From contig JANLSA010000450.1 of the NCBI GenBank assembly GCA_031362085.1, positions 1 to 56,050 on the forward strand: a DNA stretch of 56,050 nucleotides. Direction: 5' to 3'. Position numbers and translations under genes: made by a program. Of this stretch, positions 37,756-46,336 are shown piece after piece. The notes under the pieces were generated by a model. The model had not been told where the DNA came from. It worked only from the letters and a program-made list of their open reading frames with translations, and did not search any database. Source of the DNA: Bacteroidota bacterium. Lineage in GTDB: Bacteria > Bacteroidota > Bacteroidia > Chitinophagales > Chitinophagaceae. Position 1 is the first letter of the stretch. Every line of letters starts with the position of its first letter.

Positions 37756-39828
37756 ATGAATAAATTAGAAAATTATATTACCGGGAAATGGATATCAGGC
37801 GATGGGGATGGCCAACTATTATATAATGCTGTAACGGGTCAACCCATTGCAACCGCATCAACAAAAGGGTTGGACTTTATATCAATGACTGAATATGCAA
37901 GAGCAGTTGGCAATCCTGCTTTGCGAAAAATGACTTTTCATGCACGGGGAAATATGTTGAAAGCTCTTGCATTGCATTTACGAAATGACCTGGATAAATT
38001 TTATAAAATAAGTTATCAGACCGGCGCCACCAAAGCGGATAGCTGGGTAGATATAGAAGGCGGCATCGGAAATTTATTTGCCAATGCATCACTTCGGCGG
38101 AAATTTCCGGATGAAGTTTTTTGTATTGATGGGGAAAGCCATAACCTTGGCAAGAACAATACATTTATGGGAACACATATTCTTGTTCCCAAAGAAGGCG
38201 TTGCTATACATATCAATGCTTTTAATTTTCCGGTTTGGGGCATGTTGGAAAAGATAGCAGTGAATTTATTAGCCGGTATGCCCTGTATCGTAAAACCGGC
38301 ATCTATTACTTCCTATTTAACAGAAGCAGTGGTAAAAGAAATAATTGCATCAAAAATTTTACCGGAAGGTTCTTTACAATTAATCTGCGGAAGTGCAGGA
38401 GATTTATTGGATCATGTTACTTCGCAGGATGTAGTCACGTTTACCGGCAGTGCATCTACCGGATTGATGTTAAAACAAAATGCAAATATATTAAGAGAGA
38501 ATGTTCCGTTTACAATGGAGGCAGATTCGCTTAACTGTATCGTTTTGGGAGAAGATGTAACACCTGATAAACCTGAATGGGAAATTTTTGTAAAAGAAGT
38601 AAGAAAAGAAATGACATTGAAAGCAGGCCAGCGTTGTACAGGCATCCGTAGAATATTTGTACCCTCAACTAAAATGGAAGATTTATGGAAAGCAATTTCT
38701 AAAGCCTTGTCACAAACTGTAATTGGAAATCCATTAAATGAAAAAGTGAGAATGGGAAGTTTAGCCGGCGAAATTCAACGCAAAGAAGTTCGAGAGCAGG
38801 TACAGAAATTATTAGCTTCATCGCAGATTATTTATGGTTCATTAGACAGTGTTGAATTAATTGATGCAGATGCAAGCAAAGGTGCATTCCTATCTCCTGT
38901 TTTGTTAATGAATGAAAAACCCTTTGAAGCAAAAGAAGTACACGAAGTAGAAGCATTTGGTCCGGTAAGTACTATCATGCCATATAAAAGTATTGACGAT
39001 GCAATTGCATTGAGTAAATTGGGTAAAGGAAGTTTATGCACTTCAATTGTAACAGCAGACTATAAAATTGCAAAGCAATATGTAATTGGTGCCGCCACAC
39101 ATCATGGAAGAATCTTAGTATTGAATAATGAATGTGCAAAAGAAAGCACCGGTCATGGTTCACCTTTACCTTTATTGGTGCACGGCGGTCCGGGGCGTGC
39201 TGGTGGTGGCGAAGAAATGGGCGGCATACGGGGTGTAAAACATTATTTGCAAAGAACCGCTTTGCAAGGCTCGCCAACTACGATTACGGCAATCACAAAT
39301 GTTTACCAGCAAAATGCGATTGGTAAAAAAACAGATAAACATCCCTTTACAAAATATTTTGATGAATTAGAAATAGGTGAACAAATTATTACGGAAAAAA
39401 GAATCATCACAAGCGAAGACATAGATAAGTTTGCTGATTTAAGCGGCGATCATTTTTATGCGCATATCAAAACGACTGATTTTACCGGAACCATGTTCGA
39501 ACAACAGGTGGCACATGGCTATTTTATTATGAGCATTGCTGCCGGTTTGTTTGTGGATAGTTATGAAAAAAATCCGGTGTTATTAAATTACGGTATAGAT
39601 GAATTGCGTTTTACGAAACCCGTTTATCCCGGTAGCGAAATTCATATTCGGTTTACCTGTAAAGAAAAATTGCCGAATGATAAACGAGTTGTTGAAAATC
39701 CCGAAGACTTTAAACGAGGAGATGATTTAGAAAAAGGAATTGTAAAATGGCTGGTAGAAATGATAGATGAAACAAATGAAGTGACGGGAGTGGCAACAAT
39801 TTTGACAATGGTAGCAAGAATGAAATAA
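37756..39828 (+). CDS. paaZ: Bifunctional aldehyde dehydrogenase / MaoC-type enoyl-CoA hydratase (PaaZ-like)
   Basis: N-terminal ALDH fold (FTGSASTG, catalytic Cys context GQRCTGIRR) plus a C-terminal hot-dog/MaoC domain (DLSGDHFYAH). The ATG at 37756 is preferred, because the track start lies inside the upstream terminator. Confidence 0.85.
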   Translation: MNKLENYITGKWISGDGDGQLLYNAVTGQPIATASTKGLDFISMTEYARAVGNPALRKMTFHARGNMLKALALHLRNDLDKFYKISYQTGATKADSWVDIEGGIGNLFANASLRRKFPDEVFCIDGESHNLGKNNTFMGTHILVPKEGVAIHINAFNFPVWGMLEKIAVNLLAGMPCIVKPASITSYLTEAVVKEIIASKILPEGSLQLICGSAGDLLDHVTSQDVVTFTGSASTGLMLKQNANILRENVPFTMEADSLNCIVLGEDVTPDKPEWEIFVKEVRKEMTLKAGQRCTGIRRIFVPSTKMEDLWKAISKALSQTVIGNPLNEKVRMGSLAGEIQRKEVREQVQKLLASSQIIYGSLDSVELIDADASKGAFLSPVLLMNEKPFEAKEVHEVEAFGPVSTIMPYKSIDDAIALSKLGKGSLCTSIVTADYKIAKQYVIGAATHHGRILVLNNECAKESTGHGSPLPLLVHGGPGRAGGGEEMGGIRGVKHYLQRTALQGSPTTITAITNVYQQNAIGKKTDKHPFTKYFDELEIGEQIITEKRIITSEDIDKFADLSGDHFYAHIKTTDFTGTMFEQQVAHGYFIMSIAAGLFVDSYEKNPVLLNYGIDELRFTKPVYPGSEIHIRFTCKEKLPNDKRVVENPEDFKRGDDLEKGIVKWLVEMIDETNEVTGVATILTMVARMK

Positions 39829-39845
39829 TTTTTTATCTTTACTAT

Positions 39846-40490
39846 GTGGAAGATTTTAAATTGTTTAAAAATGAGTTACAAAATATCATTACAAGAGATG
39901 ACGCTGAAGGGGAAAGTTATCTTATTAAAGCAGTCCAAACCTACCTTAAAACAATTCATCATGCAGGTGCAAAAACTGAAGACAAGCAGTTTACAAGATC
40001 AGAAGAAGAAAGGGCATTAATCCTTTATTCTGCTGAAAACAATTTGTGGATTGATGAAACAAATTTTGGCACTTTTATAACGGCAGGCGCCGAGCAGAAA
40101 GTATATTTTCCCGGGGATACAGATTATGTTTTAAAAATTTCCGATGCAATATTTTACACTTATTGGGTAGATTATTTCAATAATCTTCTCTTACATAATG
40201 CTTTTTTCAGTAATACCGCTTATGAACTGATTGGCTTTTACCAACACGATGAAAAACTATTTGCAGTTTTAAAACAATCATTTATAGAAATAACAGAATT
40301 GACGAATCTTGAAAACGTTAAGCAGTTTCTCCTGACAAATGGGTTTGAGAATAAAAAGAACAATGATTATTATCATCCGGTGCTTGGTATCATTTTAGAG
40401 GATTTACACGATGAGAATATTTTAACTAATAACGGGGTTTTATTTTTTGTGGATACAGTTTTCTTTCTAACGGATACTTTTTATGTTTAA
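39846..40490 (+). CDS. Hypothetical protein with small atypical protein-kinase-like motifs (possibly polyvalent-protein kinase-like); inserted between paaZ and the hydratase gene
   Basis: GTG start. GAEQKVYF...DYVLKI (Gly-rich loop / Lys-like) and ILEDLHDENILTNNGVLFFVDT (DLHxxN catalytic-loop-like plus D-T). The family assignment is inference only. Confidence 0.6.
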   Translation: MEDFKLFKNELQNIITRDDAEGESYLIKAVQTYLKTIHHAGAKTEDKQFTRSEEERALILYSAENNLWIDETNFGTFITAGAEQKVYFPGDTDYVLKISDAIFYTYWVDYFNNLLLHNAFFSNTAYELIGFYQHDEKLFAVLKQSFIEITELTNLENVKQFLLTNGFENKKNNDYYHPVLGIILEDLHDENILTNNGVLFFVDTVFFLTDTFYV

Positions 40491-40492
40491 AT

Positions 40493-40573
40493 ATGGCTGT
40501 AGAAATGATTGATGAGACCAATGAAATAACAGGAGTGGCAACAATTTTGACAATGGTATCAAAAAAAAGTTAA
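40493..40573 (+). pseudogene. Duplicated remnant of the paaZ 3' end (last ~22 codons)
   Basis: 40493-40558 aligns to 39747-39813 with 6 substitutions and 1 gap. Encodes VEMIDETNEITGVATILTMVSKKS* versus the paaZ tail VEMIDETNEVTGVATILTMVARMK*. Confidence 0.8.
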
Positions 40574-40584
40574 ATAAATATTTT

Positions 40585-41343
40585 ATGGCAGAAGGATATG
40601 TAAGGTCTGAATTTCATAAAGGAGTTACATCAATAGAGTTTTTTCATCCTCAAAGCAATTCATTACCCGGAAAAATTTTGAATGAGCTGGCTCAAGCTAT
40701 TCATGCAGCAGGCAACGATGCTGAAACAATACTTGTTCTGTTAAGAAGTGCCGGAGATAAAACATTTTGTTCAGGTGCCTCCTTTGATGAATTGTTAGAA
40801 ATAAAAACGAAGGAGCAGGGATTAGAATTTTTCAGTGGTTTTGCAAAAGTGATAAATGCAATCCGAATTTGCCCAAAGTTTGTGATTGGCAGAATACAAG
40901 GTAAATGTGTTGGCGGTGGTGTGGGTATTGCAGCTGCAGTTGATTATGCAATTGCAACGGATAAAGCAGAAGTAAAATTAAGTGAATTGGCTGTTGGCAT
41001 CGGCCCATTTGTTGTTGGTCCGGCGGTTGAAAGAAAAATTGGAATAGCAGCCTTTAGTGTATTGGCAATAGATGCTACCATGTGGAGCAATGCCGATTGG
41101 GCTAAAAGAAAAGGATTGTTTGCTGAGGTTCATGACTCGATTGAAAATATGGATGAATCGATTCAACGATTAACGGATACACTTTCGCATTCTTCACCCG
41201 AAGCCATGGCAGCAATGAAAAAAATATTCTGGAAAGGAACTGAACATTGGGATAAATTGTTATTAGAAAGAGCAGCAATCAGTGGTAACCTGGTATTAAG
41301 TGAATTTACAAAACAGGCAATCCGAAAATTTAAATCAAAATAA
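40585..41343 (+). CDS. Enoyl-CoA hydratase/isomerase (crotonase) family protein
   Basis: FCSGASFDEL oxyanion-hole motif and GKCVGGGVGIAAA. Confidence 0.85.
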   Translation: MAEGYVRSEFHKGVTSIEFFHPQSNSLPGKILNELAQAIHAAGNDAETILVLLRSAGDKTFCSGASFDELLEIKTKEQGLEFFSGFAKVINAIRICPKFVIGRIQGKCVGGGVGIAAAVDYAIATDKAEVKLSELAVGIGPFVVGPAVERKIGIAAFSVLAIDATMWSNADWAKRKGLFAEVHDSIENMDESIQRLTDTLSHSSPEAMAAMKKIFWKGTEHWDKLLLERAAISGNLVLSEFTKQAIRKFKSK

Positions 41344-42030
41344 ATGAAGCAAATTATTTCAATAGCATTTTTTTCATTGCTACTATTTTTTTCAGGTTGT
41401 AGTACGATGAAAAATTTATTATCACCCAGCGATGCAGAAGAGGCTATACGTGAGGCACTTTCTATCGGAAGTAATTTTGGCGGAAATGTATTGGGTCAAA
41501 AGGGGGCATTTTCAAAAAACACTTTGATTGACGCCTTGTTTCCTGAAGATATTCGTAAAGTGTTAAACACATTAGAAACATTGGGCTTAAGTAAAGAAGT
41601 TGACAGGTTTACAACTACACTTGGCGCAGCAGCAGAAAAAACGGCCGAGCAATCAGTTCCTGTTTTTTTAATGGGCATTAAAAAAATGAATTTTAAAGAT
41701 GCTGTAGGGATCGTTAAAAATGGAGGCACGTCCGGTACTGATTATTTAAGAAAAACAATTGGCGATACACTTCGGGCATCTATTACACCCGTAATGCACT
41801 CTGCACTGGAAGAATATAAATTGGAAACAGAATGGAATAAATTGGTAGCACCCGTGCAATTATTTGCCGGCGATAAATTGAATCTTAATTTGTCAAACCT
41901 GATGAGTGGGTTAGTTGCAAACCTGATGTTTAATAAAATTGCTGAAAAAGAAAGGGACATAAGAACAAAAGCAGAAGAAAGAAAAACGGTACTACTCCAA
42001 AAAGTTTTTGGCAGGGTTTGGGATAAATAA
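41344..42030 (+). CDS. DUF4197-like lipoprotein
   Basis: Lipobox FFSGC; helical repeats with AIREALSIGSNFGGNVLG, typical of DUF4197. Confidence 0.6.
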   Translation: MKQIISIAFFSLLLFFSGCSTMKNLLSPSDAEEAIREALSIGSNFGGNVLGQKGAFSKNTLIDALFPEDIRKVLNTLETLGLSKEVDRFTTTLGAAAEKTAEQSVPVFLMGIKKMNFKDAVGIVKNGGTSGTDYLRKTIGDTLRASITPVMHSALEEYKLETEWNKLVAPVQLFAGDKLNLNLSNLMSGLVANLMFNKIAEKERDIRTKAEERKTVLLQKVFGRVWDK

Positions 42031-42046
42031 AAAAGAACAAGTGAAA

Positions 42047-42685
42047 ATGATTCAACAATTTTCCGCAACAAATTTTTATAGATTCTGCGATCAACTTTCC
42101 CAAAAGGATAAAAATTTACAAACTATTATAAAACAGCACAGCTATCCTCCCATGTGGACCCGACCTGCAACATTTCAAACATTGATACTTACAATTCTTG
42201 AGCAGCAGGTTTCTTTAGCATCGGCTTATTCTGCATTTAAAAAACTTAAAGAGAAAATTGGTTTTGTCACACCTTCAAAAATTCTTTCATTATCCGATAC
42301 TGAATTAAGAGCATGCTATTTTAGCCGGCAAAAAATCGTTTATGTAAGAGAACTTGCCTATGCTATTCAAAACAAACAACTTAAAATTAAAAAACTTACC
42401 GGTAAACAGGATGATGAAGTTCGCCATGAATTAAAAAAGATAAAAGGTATTGGCGACTGGACAGTTGATGTATACCTGATGCATGCCTTGCAACGAACTG
42501 ATTTATTTCCGTTGGGGGATATTGCATTAGTTAATAGTTTGAAAGAGGTAAAACAATTACATCCTCAAATAACGAAAGAAGAAATGCTGATTATTGCCGA
42601 AGCTTGGCGACCCTACCGAACTATCGCTGCCATGATTTTGTGGCATGCATATATAAAGAAGAAAGGAATAAAGCTGCAGAGCTGA
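42047..42685 (+). CDS. DNA-3-methyladenine glycosylase II family (HhH-GPD, AlkA-like)
   Basis: ILEQQVSLASA and the helix-hairpin-helix IKGIGDWTVDVYLM, followed by the catalytic Asp context PLGDIAL. The ATG at 42047 is preferred. Confidence 0.8.
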   Translation: MIQQFSATNFYRFCDQLSQKDKNLQTIIKQHSYPPMWTRPATFQTLILTILEQQVSLASAYSAFKKLKEKIGFVTPSKILSLSDTELRACYFSRQKIVYVRELAYAIQNKQLKIKKLTGKQDDEVRHELKKIKGIGDWTVDVYLMHALQRTDLFPLGDIALVNSLKEVKQLHPQITKEEMLIIAEAWRPYRTIAAMILWHAYIKKKGIKLQS

Positions 42686-42774
42686 AATTGATTTAATAAA
42701 AATTTGTTTTTGGAATTAAACTGAATGTTAGTAGCTTCAATATCTACTACCATTAATTCTATAAACTTAATTTT

Positions 42775-43698
42775 ATGAGCGACTACTCCTTCGGTTGGTT
42801 GCCTGATTATCCCGATATGCGGGATAGATCTGTCACTTACATGGAACCAAATGATAAGCCTGTAATTGATCCAAAAGAAAAAGTTTCTGTGCACCGGCTT
42901 TGGGCAAAAGCATCTGCTGTTTCAAAAAAAGCCGCAATAAAAAACCCGCCCAAAAAAGTTTTGGATTTGGAAAAATATTTTCCGCCGGTAGATAATCAGG
43001 AAGATATAAACAGTTGTACTGCACATGCAGGGACAGCATTAGTTGAGTATTTTGAAAACCGCTCCGGGGGAGATTATGAAAAAAAATCAAGATTGTTTTT
43101 ATATAAAGCCACCCGGAATCTATTGAAATTCGAAGGAGATACCGGCGCATTTCTTCGTACAACAATGAAAGCAATGGTACTGTTTGGTGTACCACCCGAA
43201 AAGTACTGGACTTATGATAAAGAAAACATGAATGCAGAGCCAACCCCTTTTTGTTATTCTTATGCACAAAATTATCAGGCAATTCAATATTACCGGCTCG
43301 ACACTTTTAATTATGAAAAGAATGTAGATATACAGAAAGAGCATTTGCTGGAAGAAATAAAACGCAATCTTGTAAAAGGACTTCCATTAATGTTTGGCTT
43401 TACTGTTTACAGTTGTTTTAGACATTGTAATGATGGGTTTGTAAAATACCCGACAGAAAAAAATAAACAACTAGGGGGTCATGCGGTAGTGGCCGTAGGG
43501 TACGATGACAGCGTAGAAATAACCGGCGAAGATGGGAAAAAAACAAAAGGGGCAATCCGGATTCGCAATTCCTGGGGTGCCAAATGGGGAGATAATGGAT
43601 ATGGTTGGTTGCCGTACGAATATATATTAAATGGATTAACAAAAGACTGGTGGAGTATTATCAAAAATGAATGGATAGATAATAAAGTATTTGAATAA
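42775..43698 (+). CDS. Papain-like cysteine peptidase (family C1), no signal peptide
   Basis: Complete catalytic set: Q...C in VDNQEDINSCTAHA, His in GGHAVVAVGYDD, Asn-Ser-Trp in IRIRNSWGAKWGDNGYGW. The N-terminus GWLPDYPDMRD is typical of bacterial cytoplasmic C1 homologues. Confidence 0.85.
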   Translation: MSDYSFGWLPDYPDMRDRSVTYMEPNDKPVIDPKEKVSVHRLWAKASAVSKKAAIKNPPKKVLDLEKYFPPVDNQEDINSCTAHAGTALVEYFENRSGGDYEKKSRLFLYKATRNLLKFEGDTGAFLRTTMKAMVLFGVPPEKYWTYDKENMNAEPTPFCYSYAQNYQAIQYYRLDTFNYEKNVDIQKEHLLEEIKRNLVKGLPLMFGFTVYSCFRHCNDGFVKYPTEKNKQLGGHAVVAVGYDDSVEITGEDGKKTKGAIRIRNSWGAKWGDNGYGWLPYEYILNGLTKDWWSIIKNEWIDNKVFE

Positions 43699-43730
43699 CC
43701 AATTTATAGAACCATTAAAATTTTATTGTT

Positions 43731-44573
43731 ATGGCAAAAGGATATGCACTAGCCATCGGTCTCAACAGTGTTGATAAAAAACACTATGATGGTTGGGATG
43801 GCCAATTGAATGTTTGTGAAAATGACGTGACTGATTTCTCTGCATTTTTAAAAAAGAAAAAAATCGCTGTTACCAGTTTGCTTACAAAGAATGCCACACG
43901 CAGCAATGTGTTAAATGGTCTTGATAAACTGGCCTCAAAAGCGGTAGCCGGAGATCTTGTTGTTGTGTTTTACTCCGGTCATGGTGGCAATGAAATACCA
44001 GACTTAAATAAAGATGAAGACGACCCCTGGAGCGATAAGTTTGATGAAAGCTGGTGCTTGTATGATGCGCAGTTAATAGACGATGAATTATATTTCCAAT
44101 GGAAAAAATTTAAAAAAGGAGTTCGCATTATTGTTGTAAGCGATAGCTGCTTTAGCGGGGATATCGTAAAGGCAATAAATGGCAGGCAGCAAAAATCAAA
44201 AGCTATGGAAACTGAGGTTGGGAATAATACCTGGAAAAAAAATATTAAAACATATAAAGCTATTTTAAAACAATTAGAATCAAAGGAGCTGCAATTATTT
44301 AAATCAACAAAGATTGATATGGTAAAGGCCACTTTGTTACAGATTTCAAGTAGCCAGGAAGGGCAGCCTTCCGTACCGGAATCACAATGGTTTCCCAATA
44401 ACAGTTTGTTTACAGGTGTTTTGTTGAAAGCATTTGCCGATACAAAATATAAAAGCTATGAACATCTGGTTTCAGAATTGAAAAAAATTATGCCCGATTT
44501 TCAAACTCCCAATGAACAGGTACTTGGAGAAAAGAAAATAAAAATTTTACTACAATCACCTTTTAAAATTTAA
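43731..44573 (+). CDS. Caspase-like cysteine peptidase (family C14), no signal peptide
   Basis: YALAIGLNSV start strand; catalytic His in VVFYSGHGG and Cys in IIVVSDSCFSG; p10-like LLQISSSQEGQPS...SLFTGVLL. Confidence 0.85.
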   Translation: MAKGYALAIGLNSVDKKHYDGWDGQLNVCENDVTDFSAFLKKKKIAVTSLLTKNATRSNVLNGLDKLASKAVAGDLVVVFYSGHGGNEIPDLNKDEDDPWSDKFDESWCLYDAQLIDDELYFQWKKFKKGVRIIVVSDSCFSGDIVKAINGRQQKSKAMETEVGNNTWKKNIKTYKAILKQLESKELQLFKSTKIDMVKATLLQISSSQEGQPSVPESQWFPNNSLFTGVLLKAFADTKYKSYEHLVSELKKIMPDFQTPNEQVLGEKKIKILLQSPFKI

Positions 44574-44577
44574 GACC

Positions 44578-46317
44578 ATGACAAACCGCAATACAATTGA
44601 CCTGATTATTAATACCGGAATGCCGGGTGTTTTAAAAGGAAGACAGCCCCAACCAGAATTTGTAAAAAAATTAAAAGCTAAAGGCATCAGCTTTGAGTTA
44701 AAAGATTTTAAAGGTGCAGATGTAACCTCAGTAAAAGCAAAGGGGGCAAAAAAATTAGTGTTGAGTAATAAAAAATATATAGCTAAAACCAATGTTAGTG
44801 AATCTGAAATTAATCCATGGGATCTTGCACATATTACAAATAAAAATATAGAAGCGCTGCAAAGCTTTGTAGAGCCGGATGCAATTAATGAACTGGTGGT
44901 GGATGATAAAATGCGGGGTGGCTTTAAAGGGATAGAAGATGAAATTATTGAACCAACTGATGATAGCGATAATTTTGATCCGGACTGGAACCCGCATAAA
45001 AATATTATCTGGCATCTGGTTGATGAATATTCGCAATTAAAAACTGCAAGGGATGCAGTAATGAATGTTGAGGGTACTATTCGCATCGGGCATTTAGATA
45101 CGGGTTATGGAAAAGGTCATCCGCAACTTCCCGCAAATCTTAATTTAAAACTGCAAAAAAATTTTGTAAAAGGGGAAGATATAAATGATGCAAGCGACAG
45201 AAAAATAAGTGGCTTGTTGCGAATGCCGGGTCATGGCACCGGTACCGGTGGAATACTGGCAGGAGATATCTATAAAACAGCAGATGCAAAATTTAATGAT
45301 TATCTCGGAGGCGCCCCGTTTGCCGAAGTAATTCCTTGCCGTATAGCAAACAGTGTTGTGTTATTAAAAACAAGTGCATTTGCCGAAGCAATAAAATACC
45401 TGACTGATCTCACTAACAATGGAACAACCATTCATGTAGTAAGTATGAGTATGGGGGGTGTGCCATCACAGGCTTGGGCAGATGCAGTAAATGCTGCTTA
45501 TGAAAGCGGGATAACATTGGTTACAGCAGCTGGAAATAATTTTAATGGATTACCAACAAAAAAATTAATTTATCCCGCACGGTTCAACAGGGTGATTGCT
45601 GCCTGTGGCGTTACCTACGATTATGCTCCTTATCATCATAAAAAATTAGGTGAAATGCAGGGATGCTGGGGGCCCAAACGATATATGACTAAGGCTCTGG
45701 CTGCATTTACACCCAATACACCGTGGGCAAGAATGAAAACAAAAACGATAAGTTTTTCTGGAGCAGGTACTTCATCTGCTACACCACAAATAGCGGCGGC
45801 AGCTGCCTGTTATTATAAAAAATATAAAAAACAACTGGATGCTTTACCTGAAGCATGGATGCGGGTAGAAGCAATAAGAAATGCATTATATAAATCTGCA
45901 CTCAAACTGGTGAAGTTTGCAGATGAAGGGTATGAAGTATATTTTGGAAATGGAATCATTCATGCAAAAGACGCTTTAGCTATTACAGTTCCATCCGTTT
46001 TGGCATTGAAGGCTATGAAAAGCAACGTGGATGATGTTCCTTTTTTCCCACTTCTTTCTATTTTGTTCAAAGAAAAAAAGAAACCTGTGAATACACAGGA
46101 ATTGCAAATGTTTAATGTAGAGCTGCAACAGTTGATACATAATTATGCAGATTTGCAAAAACTATTGGACGAAGATGAAAAAACGTTTGCAGAATTAGAT
46201 ATGAAAGAAAGGAAAAAATTTATGGATGCTGTTATCTCCAACCGAAGTGCATCCAAAACGCTTAAAAAATTTTTACAGGAGTATTATAATATTTTATCCA
46301 TTGCTAAGTTGAATTAA
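44578..46317 (+). CDS. Subtilisin-like serine peptidase (family S8) with an unassigned ~135-aa N-terminal and ~110-aa C-terminal extension, no signal peptide
   Basis: Catalytic triad contexts IGHLDTGY (Asp), PGHGTGTGGILAG (His) and GAGTSSATPQIAAAAA (Ser); oxyanion Asn in TAAGNN. Starts 4 nt after the caspase-like gene. Confidence 0.85.
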   Translation: MTNRNTIDLIINTGMPGVLKGRQPQPEFVKKLKAKGISFELKDFKGADVTSVKAKGAKKLVLSNKKYIAKTNVSESEINPWDLAHITNKNIEALQSFVEPDAINELVVDDKMRGGFKGIEDEIIEPTDDSDNFDPDWNPHKNIIWHLVDEYSQLKTARDAVMNVEGTIRIGHLDTGYGKGHPQLPANLNLKLQKNFVKGEDINDASDRKISGLLRMPGHGTGTGGILAGDIYKTADAKFNDYLGGAPFAEVIPCRIANSVVLLKTSAFAEAIKYLTDLTNNGTTIHVVSMSMGGVPSQAWADAVNAAYESGITLVTAAGNNFNGLPTKKLIYPARFNRVIAACGVTYDYAPYHHKKLGEMQGCWGPKRYMTKALAAFTPNTPWARMKTKTISFSGAGTSSATPQIAAAAACYYKKYKKQLDALPEAWMRVEAIRNALYKSALKLVKFADEGYEVYFGNGIIHAKDALAITVPSVLALKAMKSNVDDVPFFPLLSILFKEKKKPVNTQELQMFNVELQQLIHNYADLQKLLDEDEKTFAELDMKERKKFMDAVISNRSASKTLKKFLQEYYNILSIAKLN

Positions 46318-46336
46318 TACTATTTTTTTCACCTTG

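Noticed and set aside
39829-40584. A canonical mobile element (IS, integron cassette or MITE) carrying the kinase-like gene.
   Set aside because: No transposase or integrase, no terminal inverted repeats and no attC-like site were recognised. Only the duplicated paaZ tail is present, so the mechanism stays open.
42686-46336. A gasdermin-like, NTPase (STAND/NACHT) or inhibitor partner gene next to the three proteases.
   Set aside because: The six-frame track and hand scanning of the short gaps (89, 32, 4 and 19 nt) leave no room for an additional gene. The neighbours are recognisable housekeeping genes.
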